A stretch of DNA of 64,000 bases from Hypanus sabinus (Eukaryota). Position 1 is the first letter of the stretch. Every line of letters begins with the position of its first letter. Shown here in pieces: positions 1 to 11,349 of this stretch. The stretch is taken from contig NC_082722.1 in assembly GCF_030144855.1 (NCBI RefSeq), positions 20,646,001 to 20,710,000 of the forward strand. The letters are read 5' to 3'. Below the pieces are notes generated by a model that saw nothing but the letters and a program-made list of their open reading frames with translations, was not told where the DNA came from and searched no databases. A program made the position numbers and the translations under genes.

Positions 1-324
1 TGCTAATCCTGCTTGACAAAAGTTGGAATGACAATTTGCAGTGCATGCAACAAATTGTTACTTGATGTTGGAATTAACTCGTTTGGAGCTGAGTATTATT
101 CCTCTCTACTTGTTGATGTGGAAATGGTACATTTTGCTGCTGCATAGATATTATTCTATTTAAGTATTAATAATTTGCATCCTCTAAGATGACGAATCGA
201 ATTATCCAACTCCAGCTATTCATATTAATATTAACATTATGCCAGTCTCTTGCTTGCAAAACAATCCTAACCTTGCTTAATGCAAAATGCACAGTGCCGA
301 AAATCTCCAAACACCTGCACTCAC

Positions 325-630
325 CGAATACAGTAAGCTTGGTGCCACAGCTACTCCTGATAAATTGTTCCTGAAACTTTACTTCACAGTAATACAGTCC
401 GGAGTCGGCGACTGTGACATTCCAAAGTACAAGTGTTCCCCTTCCCCTTTCTACAGGAATTTGTCTTCTGCTGTTCTCTTCTAAAAATGCCTTCCCGCCT
501 TGCCTCCGCCAACGAACGTCAACAGTATCTTGTGATAGTGGAAATTTGCAGAACATGGTAGCATTCGCACCACCCGGGACGTCCAGGTCCCTAGGGAACT
601 GAGATACTTCGCCCGCAGTCACTTTGACGG
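325..630 (-). CDS. Ig V-type exon with germline-joined J-like G strand (VJ exon) of a non-rearranging IgSF receptor (NKp30/NCR3-like or VJ-C1-like family); 306 nt, phase 1-1
   Basis: Acceptor tttttccggcag| at 631 and donor |GTGAGT at 324. Open frame (T)VKVTAGEVSQFPRDLDVPGGANATMFCKF...VRWRRQ...GTLVLWNVTVADSGLYYCEV...SSCGTKLTVF(G) has the B-strand Cys, C-strand Trp, DxGxYYC and GTxLTV motifs. Family assignment is inference. Confidence 0.93.
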
Positions 631-833
631 CTGCCGGAAAAATAAGCAACAGTGTTAGTAACAGTTAAACACGATGAATTAACAAAAACTAAAAACGTAC
701 GTCACTGGACTTCTAAGAGCGAAAGACGGACGAATAGCTGAAACACTGTAACCAGATATGCTGCGGGCATCCAGGATTAAATATTCTAAAATAGAATATT
801 CAGTTCGGAAGCGGCAAGTATAAATCAGCATAC

Positions 834-888
834 TTAGCCAAGTAATAGCCAGAAGCGCAATGTACGAAACCGGGAATTTCTCCAACAT
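834..888 (-). CDS. Leader (signal peptide) exon of the VJ gene: MLEKFPVSYIALLAITWL, 55 nt, phase 1
   Basis: ATG at 888, hydrophobic core, donor CTAA|GTATGC conserved at the same position in the 49.7 kb paralog. Splices in frame to the V exon across a 203-nt intron. Confidence 0.85.
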
Positions 889-964
889 CTTACAGAAACC
901 GAATCGACCAATTCCTGCAATGCAAGTAGTATTTTAAAAGCAATTGCTGGAGGAAAAGGTCTTC

Positions 965-1020
965 GTGAGGAAATGTATTAATTATGTAAACATGACGTAG
1001 GATGACGCCACCGCAATGCA
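965..1020 (-). promoter_or_regulatory. Candidate proximal promoter: two CRE-like motifs plus a GGAA (Ets-like) core about 80-120 bp upstream of the ATG
   Basis: TGACGTAG (993-1000), TGACGCCA (1003-1010) and GAGGAAAT (about 967-974). Function is inferred from motif and position only. Confidence 0.35.
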
Positions 1021-2564
1021 GACTAATATGGTTCAGATTCAAAATCTGCCTGGGCAGGTAGGAAAATAGGAACGCTTACAGTTCTAACTGTTTACATCCC
1101 TTCCTAGTGCCTTTGAGATGATGCTGGAAGTTTTGCCCTCTTGCTGAAATCAGGAATTATCCAAATCTTTATTGAGATATAAATTCAAATCTATACTCTA
1201 CAAATCTGTACTGACAGATTTCTTGCTTTTTTTTTCAAAGGAGGCCCCACAATACTCGGGTTCCTTACTCTCTGCTCTGATCAGCTCGCACGAGGAACTC
1301 AGCGAAAAACAGCAGCAAATGCTGTCTGTGATAGAAATAGATTCAGGGTATAGGATTTTGATCACATAAAGAGAGAGCTTAGAGTTCCAACAGCAAGTTA
1401 TACAGTTTAATGATGACAGAGATTCAAAAGTTACTGCGATGAAATCTATAAAGGGCGCATCGAGGAAGCCTCAAATGATTGATTGCAGTTCCGAGGTTCC
1501 ATTTAAAATCCAATAAGCCCGAGCACTGGCGTTACCGGAAATGCTGCTATTTCAATATATATCCTACATTTCCACATAGTAAACGGGAGACAATAGGTTA
1601 GTCCATTGAGCAAAAAAAAAAAATAAGCCAGGTACAGAAAAGAAAAACATTAACACGCACCTTTGTTTCTAACCTGACAGGGCATAAATTGTTATCCATT
1701 TATAAAATGACAACACTGAATATTCAAACCCATTTTAGTTGGCCATGAAACAATACTGAGCTCCCATGTGCTTCCTACGAACGGAGTTAAGATTCTGATT
1801 AACATGCCAAACGCCTCGATAGTTTGAACAGTTATATTTCCGAATTTCCACGAAGCGTTTGGGATGTTATACTGTTTTCACAGAAGCTTTGTCACCGTTA
1901 TTAAGTTGCATCTCCTATCCTCTCAGATCTGAAATGATGTAGCTGTTTGGGAACTAAAGTTGTTCATAGGTGGCATATATTTTGTTTAGTGGATCCCACG
2001 GGATGTAATTGACGTCTGTTTCTTGAGGAGTTTATCCGGGATAGGACATGGACATTGTGAACGTCGTTTTGCTGTGGATCTGGAGACTATTATAATGAGA
2101 GATAGCTTAGTTTTACATTGCAGGTAATTTGTAATACCGAACACAAAAAAATTGGCTGCGGAAGAAAACACTATTTCCAGAAGGTAAAATTTCTGCCGAG
2201 ATTTCTGCCTTGATCTTCAGATTTTCCTTTTTCTCGTCACATTAATTCTAAAGATGAGAATACTGTGATTAGTTTCAATGAACCACTCACTGTTCTCCAA
2301 TAGTCGATGTTTCATGGTCTGTAAGAATAGAGCAGTAACTTGGACCGATTACTAAACAATTAAAATCAAGTTGGCTGATAAAAATTTACCTCATTTGAGC
2401 ACGGTTGAGATTGTCCTTGTGGCTCTGATGTAACAATTGAATAAGACTGCCAATATATTTGTAGTTTTTCACGCTTTAGTGATACACCCTACATCTCTAT
2501 ATTTTCACCAGAATAAACTTGTTCAGCCTTTACTGGGGCAGAAAAGTACAGGAAAGCGTAAGAT

Positions 2565-2870
2565 ACTTTAGAAACAACGAAAACCTCCAGCGCCATGCAG
2601 GCCCTTCACCCTACAAAGCTGTGCCGAACATGTCCTTACCTTAGAAATTACCTATGGTTACCCATAGCTCTATATTTTAAAAAGCTCCAGGTACCTATCC
2701 ATGAGTCTCTTAAATGACCCTAATATACCTGTCTCCACCACCGTCGCCGGCAGCCTATTCCACGCTCCTATCGCTGTCTGTGTAAAAACCTACCTCTGAC
2801 ATGCCCTTTGTAACTATTTGCAAGCATCTTAAAACTGTGCAGTCTACTACGAGCTATTTCCGCCTTGGCA
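2565..2870 (-). mobile_element. CR1-type LINE 3' end fragment
   Basis: Reverse complement matches the CR1 3' end at 27700-27900 (ggcccttc...cttagaaattacc...ccatagc). Confidence 0.75.
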
Positions 2871-3398
2871 ATCAGCCTTTTGTTCTTTTTTTTAAGCGTT
2901 TAATTCATTGTTATTATAAAGTTTCAAATGCTTTAATACTTGATAATCTCAGAAAAAAATCAAGATGTCTTTAAATGTTAAACAGAGCTGTGGTTAGGCC
3001 AAATGATTGAATGTAAATCTAGATTTCTAATTAGTGAGAGAACTTTATACCACGGACGAGATAATCCTTTGCAATATCGTTAATTTAAATGCCTCCGCCT
3101 TCATTACAAAAATATTCAGAAATTTTTCAGCAATGTTCCTTTAGGATAAATGTTTCAACTGAATGTTCATTATTCTTCAATGCATAATAGGGAGCTGAAC
3201 TGGCATTAGTTAACTTCAAAATGAAAGCTACTGTTTGCTACTAGTGAGTGGAAGGCTTAGGATGCACTCAATAAGTCACACAGCGTCTGCTGACAAAAAT
3301 AGTGTGAACACTTCAGGTTGATGAATTTTCACTAGGTCATGAAGAGAAATGATTTGTATTTTCTCCCTTTGAAAGAAGGTTCCCGATGGTGTCTGCTT

Positions 3399-3530
3399 AA
3401 GCAACACACACAAAATGCTGGTAGAAAGCAGCAGGCCACGCGGGATGCCGGTCCGAAACGTCGACAGTGCTTCTCACTAAAGATGCCGGCTGGCCTGCTG
3501 CGTTCCACCAGCATTTTGTGTGCGTTGCTT
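3399..3530. repeat. 40-bp inverted repeat (hairpin) derived from a Penelope-like terminal repeat
   Basis: Arms 3399-3438 and 3491-3530 are reverse complements with 3 mismatches. The loop contains ccgaaacgtcgac, also seen in other Penelope ends here. Confidence 0.8.
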
Positions 3531-4699
3531 GAATTTCCAGCATCTGCAGATTTCTACGTCTTTTCTGCTTAATTTCGCATTGCAAACATCTCCAATGCTG
3601 CTTTGCATTAATTGCCCTGCTTTCCGATTAATGATCTAGCGATATATGCCGAATACAAAGCAACATAACTTTACTTCCTCTTTCATTCGAGTCTTTAAAA
3701 ATGTAATTGAAAACTTTAGATAAAAAGGCAACTTTCGAAGCTGCAGCTTCATCTAATGTTGTATACCTGTTTCTTCTTCCCTTAACAGTTTTTTAATATA
3801 ACAATGGACGAGTACAGCACAGGAATGTGACTTTCGGCCAAGCTGTCTGTCGGGAACACAATGTCAAATTAAATTGAATATTTACTAGCTGAGGTCGTTC
3901 ATTTAGTTAATCAGAAAGAGGAATGTTTTCCTCCTGCCATCGGTTTACAATGTCCTTTGATCTGCAAAGTAATTTGTTTCTATTCAATACTCTCAGAGAA
4001 TGACTCACACATAAGTATCAGCTATTTAGCTGTTTTTGGGAATTGTTTTATATATTTATTTCTAGAATGAACACGGTTCAGAAGCAGGAAGTATAGACGT
4101 TACAGCATAACTTTAGAAACATCTAGCTGACGGAAGCAAGGTATCAAATAAGTTACTTAAATTAAACTTATTGACTTACTGTTAAGCGTCAATTGTGATA
4201 ACTCGAGCTGTCTGCTACATACAAGTTTCAGAGAGAAGAAATCTTTGACCACAGATTTTCCATGATGTCATCAGCAGTTTACTGAGTTCAATTCTATTTT
4301 CAGGTAGGGTATTAGTTCCTATAAACACTAGGTCCAAATGTGTTCTTGTCAAACTGACCGATGAATTAAAATTCTATTCCGAACATCATTTGTTCGAATA
4401 ACTTGCAGAAGCTCGCATGCAAATATTTCCATTGGTGACTTTTAAACAGGAAGTGAAAATATATATCTGTCTTGAGAGGATACGAAACTTCGTCGGACTT
4501 GAACAAGAGCAGATGCCTTTCAAATGGGCAGATAAAGTAGGAACGGAAAACACAAAGAATGTACTCACTTCTTTCGATGTTAATTTAATTCCTTGGATTC
4601 CTAATTAATGAATATGGGGTTAGATGTACTGAAACAGAAGTCTGAGAAAATAATGAAAATTGAAGTGTTAATTCTCTTGATCTGCGTGTATATTTGGCA

Positions 4700-5110
4700 T
4701 GAACATGGAATTCTCCAACTTCCAATAATTCCCTCCCTCTCCTTCCCCCGTCCCAGTTTCACTCGCTTCCTCCAAGCTGCCTATCACCTCTCTTATAATT
4801 CTGCCTTCTTCTCCTACACAGTGCTTTCCCCTTATATTCCTTCTTCACCTTTCTTGCCTATCCCCTCCCTGCTTCCCCCTTCCCACCCCTTGATCTTTCA
4901 TCTGATTGTTTTTTTCACCTGGCATCTACCAGCCTTCTCCTTCCCACACCCCCCCCCACCTTCTTTACAGGGCCCCTGCCCCCTCCCTCTTCAGTCCTGA
5001 CGAAGGGTCTCTGCCCGATACGTTGATTGCTCGTTTCCACGAATGCTGCCCGACCCACTGAGTTTCTTCCGCGTGTTGTACATGTTGCTTTGACCACAAC
5101 ATCTGCAGTG
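4700..5110 (+). mobile_element. Penelope-like element 3'/pseudo-LTR fragment with degenerate hammerhead ribozyme core at 4997-5021
   Basis: Pyrimidine-rich tract followed by CTGACGA-AGGGTCTCTGCCC-GATAC and the gaatgctgcc...gagttt terminal motif. Confidence 0.65.
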
Positions 5111-5299
5111 TACTTTTGTGCTAATCTGGTTTGCTGGATATTCCGGGCATACCATATTCAATAATCCAGCCAGTTGGTCCATTAGTCTTTTTTGTTTTAT
5201 ATTCTATTAGCAAACTTTCTATTTATTTAATATGAAATTTTATTCCGTTCCTTATTTTACCATTATCCGTACTGGTCCTGATCCCCCACAGGTGTTAAT

Positions 5300-5640
5300 G
5301 ATCCGCGAGATGAGTATGCCATTTGGAATAACTTTCAACTGCCGAGGCAACTGACGTGAAAGGGGGGTTGTGGAGGTCAGGCTAGGTACAGATTCTGGAG
5401 GGTGATAAGCAGAATGGCAAAGGCTACCAGTTCTGGAATCTAACAAATAAAGTAGAGAGATACTGGGGGCCATTAGAGGAGGTGAAGGGTCGATGGAACC
5501 AGGGCAAGATGGGTGACGGGGAAGACTTTATGTGAAATATGTGTGTCGTGGATGGATGGAACCAGTAGGAAGCAAGGCTTTTCGAAAGTGTTGCTTCTTC
5601 AGATGTGGTTGAGATAGACTGCTTGAAGTTGAAAACAAGG
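5300..5640 (-). mobile_element. Penelope-like fragment (opposite orientation)
   Basis: Purine-rich mirror of the 4.7-5.1 kb and 9.0-9.1 kb Penelope 3' regions. Confidence 0.5.
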
Positions 5641-6769
5641 ATAATATTGTATTACCTGTGTCAGGTAGAAAGTTGTCGAAAAAAGGGATGAAGCTTTATT
5701 GAATATAAAGCGTTTAAATATATAATGGTAATGACGCCTGGCAATAATTCAACTAGGCTAAAGTAGTTTCCGAAGATTTTCGTTTGTATTCAATGCCTGA
5801 GGCTTCTTGCATTAGTGTCCAACAATAATCCGCCAGCATGGATGAATTCCAGCTGCCTTGATGCCATTTTTTCATGACTGCAATCTCCTTTTGAATCCTT
5901 ATGAACAGCAACAATATCTGCATAGAAGAAGTCTAAATGGGTATGCTGGAAATGAATTCTTACTGACATGCTGCATTTCATGGCCTTGTATGCTTAAAGT
6001 ATGTTGTCAAGCAGCTGCACGTAGTGTGATGCTCTGTAGTTGCGAACAAATTTTTCAACGACATCCTTGAATGCCTTCCACGAGATTTTCTGTGTTCCCA
6101 CTAGACGTTCTTCGAATGGGCTGCCATTGATGGGCTGTTTGATATGCAGACCAACAGAAAATGCTGTCCTTAATTTTGAAATCTGTTTTTCTGCGAAACA
6201 TCTGTCTCAAATATCGAAAACATTAGCGGAAATTCTTGTACCTGGAGACAGCAGATTTCATCTGTCTTGACTTGAACCCAGTAATTCTGCTTTTGCCTTT
6301 GATTTAGAGTTTGGAGAGTAATGGGTGGATCCAGATGAGGAATTGATTAGCATCAGTATCCTAAATCACTACGATCTTCCCTCTGCATACTCACAAATCA
6401 TCTCGATGTTTAATGACACTAAATTCTTCGCTCACGTTCATGGCTGATCCAATCAGAATCTCAGATTTTGCTTTCCTTCTCGTCTGTAACTCATAACGGT
6501 ATTAATTTCTCACTATTCGTTTGCTTTCTAAAATACTCCAGCAAACTACTGATATGATTTAGGCAATATAATCTAAAAGGCAGGAACAATGAAGAAAATT
6601 ATATTTCAAATGTTCTGACAGCACGTGAATTTGCGTTCAGCTCATGAACTAACGAATCGTGTGAATCATGATGCCCATAACTGAGGCCTAACTGGGGAAT
6701 TCATTTGCTTAAGTAATAACATTGTTCTGTCATCGGCCTAACAAGTCGGCCAATGCTGAGACATCACTC

Positions 6770-7620
6770 TGACAAAATATCTTAAGAATCGAACAGACCG
6801 ATGGCTTCTCGATACACAGGATGAACCGAACTCGTGATTCGGAAAAGGTAAAAGCCGAAGGACTCGGTTTCATGATCAACTGTGCTTCTCCGATGTGTCA
6901 GTTCTCTCGTGATTTTCTTCGTCCGAAATTCTACTACTCAGGATCAAACGCCAGCTGTTCGATTTTCCAAGAGAGTTTTCCTTCATGAATCTGACCGCAG
7001 ATTACATGCCACCGTCATCCGACTGAGATACCGCGTGATGCCATCGCCAAATGGATAACAGTCAATCTCGAAGCATTTCAAATCATAGTCGGGGAATTCA
7101 GTGAGGCTTGTTTGAAGAAATGTCCGCCCAATTACCTTCAGCATATAACTTGTTGCACCAGAAGTCCTATCACACTAGACCACTGTATAAATAGATAAGA
7201 GATGCCTACACTTTCATGCCCAAAAAGCACATCTAATTACTTGGGTGTCCTTCTCTTACCTGCATAGAGGCAAATGCAAACGAGCAAGTATCCAGAGATT
7301 AGGACAACAGAGAGGTTGTCGCGGGAGGCAGAGGAGTGAACATGGGATTACTTCGAGTCGGTGGACTGGGCTGTGTTCAAGGTTTCGTCTGTGAAACTGA
7401 ATGAATACATGACGGACGTGCAAAATAAAAACAGTTGTAGACCAGTGAGTCCTTGAGCCCTGGGTGAACCATGACAGCTGAATCTGCTGAGGTCAGATCA
7501 CAGGCAATCAAGACTGGTGACCAATAAATTTCTTAAATATCCATAAAGGTACATGACAGGCGAAGTGGCAATTCCAGATACAACTTGAATGAATGAAGGA
7601 TGCCGAACAGTTGATGCTTG
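6770..7620 (+). mobile_element. Rex1/Babar LINE relic (APE endonuclease region)
   Basis: Degenerate GFSIHR..RTRDSGK...FMIN, EFS..LTA.YMPP and FESVDWAVFK motifs, with many stops and frameshifts. Confidence 0.7.
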
Positions 7621-7639
7621 AATGCTATCAAGGTGCAAT

Positions 7640-9130
7640 CAAACCAGAAAATCTGCAGATCCTGGAAACCCGAAGCCACACGCACAATATGCGTCAGGAA
7701 GTCAGCAAGCCAGGCAACATTTCTGGAACGGAATAAATAGTCGACGTCTCGGTTCGAGATCGTTCATCAAAACTGGATAGGAAGGGGATGAAGTCAGAAT
7801 AAGAGGAAACGGAGTAATCTTGGTTCAGACCGCTTCAATAAACTTAAAATCTATGACCCAGATGGTTTCAATTTCACAATCGATGTCCAGTCTCTGTACA
7901 TTTCTTTTCTCCATCAGGATGGTCTTAATGCCGTCCACTCCTTCCTGGACAACAGACCCAAATATTTGCACTGTCCACTGTCTGGCAGATCTGGAACTCA
8001 TCTTCAACAATTTCTCGTTTGGATCCTCTGACTTCCTGCAAACCCAAAGTGCAGCTATAGACAATCGCATGAGTCCTAGCTATGTCTGATCTTTCGTTGG
8101 CTATGTGGAAAAGACATTGTCCAAATATTACACCAGCATCGCTCCCCAACTCCTCCAACATTACTTTGTCAAATGCTATGGCGCTGCTTCCTGCACGAGT
8201 ACAAGGCTCGTCAATTTCACCAACTTTGCCTCCAACGTCCACCCTGGCCTCAAATTTATTTGTTCTATTTCTGAAATATGTCTCCCCTTTCTTGACAGCT
8301 ATCTCAGTTGTTGAAGACAGTCTAACTACAGATATATTTTATAACCCCATTGACTCTCACTTTTATCTGGTCTACACCTCTTCGCACACTGTCACTTGTA
8401 ATAACGCCATTCCGTTTTCTCAGTTTCTCCATCTTCTCTCATGATGAACCTTTCCATTCCAAAACTAGTGAGATATACCACTACTTCAAGGAACGGAACT
8501 TTCTTTCCTCCACCATCAATTGTGCCCTCACCCACAACTCTTCCATTTCCCTTCATCCCTTTGCTGTCATGTACAACCCCAGTGCCTCCGGATTCAGCAT
8601 ATCATTTCCCACAGGATCCCACCACCATATATATATTTCCCTACTCCCCCGTCCAGATTCCGTTCTCCACAGGGCGACCATATGCAAATCCTTTGTCTAC
8701 TCGTCCCACACAACCGATCACTTTCCAGGCACTTATTATTCCAAACAGAACATGTGCTACATTTACCCCTTACACCTCCTCCCTTATGACCATTCTTGGC
8801 CTCAAATAGTGAGGCGACACTTCAAATGCGGTTCTGTTGGGGTTACATATTGTATTAAGTGACCCCTTCATGGCTTCCTGTTTTGTTTCCTTCTTCTGTG
8901 AGACCAGACGTAGATTGGGAGAACGCTTCATCGAGCACCTTCGCTCTGACACAAGAAGTGAAATTTCCCGGTGGCCACTCATTTGAATTCTACCTCTCTT
9001 TTCTATTCCGACATGTCAGACCATGATTTCCCCTTCTTCCACGATCAGGCCACACTCAGGTTGGAAACGCAGCACTTTATATTCACTCTGGGTTGACTCC
9101 AACCTGATGGGATCAACTTCTAGTAATCCT
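7640..9130 (+). mobile_element. Penelope-like retroelement relic (RT + GIY-YIG) with inverted terminal segment at 7640-7810
   Basis: Fragments FTIDVQSLY, ELIFNNFSFGSSDFLQ, MSPSY..FVGYVEK and ETRRRLGERFIEHLR (GIY-YIG region). Confidence 0.8.
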
Positions 9131-9246
9131 TCCCCTTCCGCCACCCATCACTTACCATTCTAGTTTCCATCTCTCACTTTACCAGCTCAACACGTCACTC
9201 TGGTGAGGATGCACAAAATAAATCGACATAAAGGACAGATGCTCAC

Positions 9247-9471
9247 GGGCACGTGTTTAAGCAATTCCGGCTCGAATGCAGTTCTAGGAGATCGGCTTGG
9301 CCTCTCCGGGCGCGCGCTGCCTTTTTTCGTAACAGTCTTAGCATCTTCTGTTTGCGAAAACAGGTCTTTCGCAACAACGAGATGTAGTAAAACGAACGTT
9401 CGAAAACGGGGGACACCTGGTATTCCAGGGATGTTTAGAATTGAGTTGTCGGAAGATCTACATCATTGTTC
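9247..9471 (-). pseudogene. Decayed TM/cytoplasmic exon of the IgSF array (relic 1)
   Basis: Occupies the same collinear position (after the 6.4-6.7 kb block, once TEs are removed) as the 61.7-61.9 kb relic. Shared mixed-frame motifs RAPGEAKP / RAGDSKP and ELH; donor CC|GTGAGC. Contains stops and frameshifts. Confidence 0.45.
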
Positions 9472-9489
9472 CTGTATACTTCTAATTGT

Positions 9490-9800
9490 CTAATGACCTT
9501 GGGATGATACCAGATACCAAATATTACTATTTGGACAGTATATCCGGAATATTTTCCATAGTCTTTCAATTTCCTTTTTCAATCTAGCATATTTCTGGTC
9601 TTTTTCACTTATTGGCTACTGTATGCAGTGTGTGTTAGAATAGCTATATATATTAAGGAACTTGCCCTTGCTTGCTTATTGATCCTGTAATCTATTTGCA
9701 CAGTTATTATGGATTGTTCTGTCTCTAATACATTTGTCACTGCGTCTCTGCGCACTCATCTATTATGTTACCCAGTGTGAAGGTCTGGTCAACACAGCCT
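9490..9800. repeat. Dispersed repeat fragment, second copy at about 20470-20790 (probably LINE-derived)
   Basis: ttgggatgatac...tatttggaca...gtctttcaa is shared with 20520-20600. Confidence 0.55.
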
Positions 9801-9967
9801 TTTTTCTCCTGAAGTCTCCTTGCTGTTTCCTCAAGCACATATCACCAACATTTGAATCTAAGTTTATACAAAAGCCAGATACAACTTGGAGAGATATGAT
9901 TTATTTTTTCATGTTTTATTTCAAAGCAAGACGTTCGTGAATATTGTTTGCTATTTCATTATGCCAT

Positions 9968-11088
9968 TGTCATGGTCCGGACCGTGGACTCCGGACTCTG
10001 GGTCTTCTGGTTGTCCATGGTTTCAGTTGGGCTTAATCACAGGCACCTGATTCTTATACTAAGGCTGGAATATAGGTGGCCCTGGGCTCGAGTGTGGTGG
10101 TAAGGGCTTATCAGGCCGTCCTTGCCGTTACCCTATGGTGGGATCTGCCCCTTCTTGCCCTTGTCTCTGTTGGATAAGTCAAGCTGCATTTGCCGTTACC
10201 CTGAGGCTGGACTGTTTCCTTCCTTCCCTCCGAAGCCTGGCCTGAGGCCCTGCCGGCTACCCGCGCCTGAAGCCTTGCCCGCTACCCGCGCGTGTGTCTC
10301 CGTCTAGTTCAGCCATCGAGGTTAGACCGTAGCCTTGCCACGCCGACAGAAGGAACTATCTATCGTTGAGCTTGTAACTGTCTATCTGTGTCCCTGTGTT
10401 TAGTGTCCGTGAATGAGTCCCGGCCGTATATCCTGTCCCCAAGGAGAGGTCCTGACTGTCTGTAAAGCCCCGGCACTAGGTCCTTTTGCCAAGGAGGGGT
10501 TCCGCCTCCGTTTTCTGTGTTCCTGTGCTCCAGTCCTAGGTTCAGTGTTCCTGTGCTCAAGTCCAAGGCTCCGTGAAGGATCCATTCCCTGTCCAAGGCT
10601 CCGAGGAGGAGGTTTCAGTCCGTTTCCTGGTCCAAGTCGTAGCCTAGGCCCTGAGTCCTCCTCTCGCCCGTGTCCAGCTATGCCTCTTACCGCTTCTGCT
10701 TTGCTCTCCCTCGTCCTAAGCTCTGCTTTCCTGATCTCCCTTGATCAAGACAAAGTCTGAGCTTCCTGTCCTCGTCCAGCCCTGGAGTCCCAATCCAGTC
10801 CTCGCCTGGATCCGGAGTCCAAGCCCGAGTCAAGGACCACGTTCCGGGTTCCTGTCCAGTCTCGGTCTCGGAGCCCTTGTCCAGGGTCTAGGTTCCTTGT
10901 CCAGGCCCCGATTTCCCAGTCTAGTCCTAGCCCAGGCCATGTATCCTAGTCTCGTCCAGGGCCAGTGTCTTTTCCAGCGTCGTCTCTTCCTCAATTCCGT
11001 TGCTTCCTTGACATACCAAGTACTGTCCCTAGTACTTCAGTGTCTGTGTCTTGCATTTGGGTCCGGTCTCAACGCCTACGTTATGACA
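9968..11088. mobile_element. Solo LTR (Gypsy-like), about 1.12 kb
   Basis: Termini TGTCAT...ATGACA, GC-rich with internal short repeats, same family as 26.1-27.0 kb. No clean target-site duplication seen. Confidence 0.7.
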
Positions 11089-11349
11089 CAGATTGAGTTA
11101 AAAAGCTGCAAGATCCTGTAATTTGTTCGATTGATGCTGTTTATTTTTTACTTGAAATTTTCTACAATTATCATCATGAATGTGCTGGTTTTTTATATAT
11201 TTTTGCTAATTGCTGCTGTGTTAACCACCAATTCCTGCAAATTATATGAATATGAACGGTGAAGATTGCGAGTCTATGACACGTGTATATCGGGATGGTT
11301 GATTTGCTGAAGCTACTATGTACCTGCTCGAAAAAATTTTCAAAAGGTA

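Noticed and set aside
290-328. CACAGTG heptamer near the V exon (possible RSS)
   Set aside because: It is intronic and has no nonamer at 12 or 23 spacing. The paralog reads CACAGAG, and the J-like strand is already fused to V.
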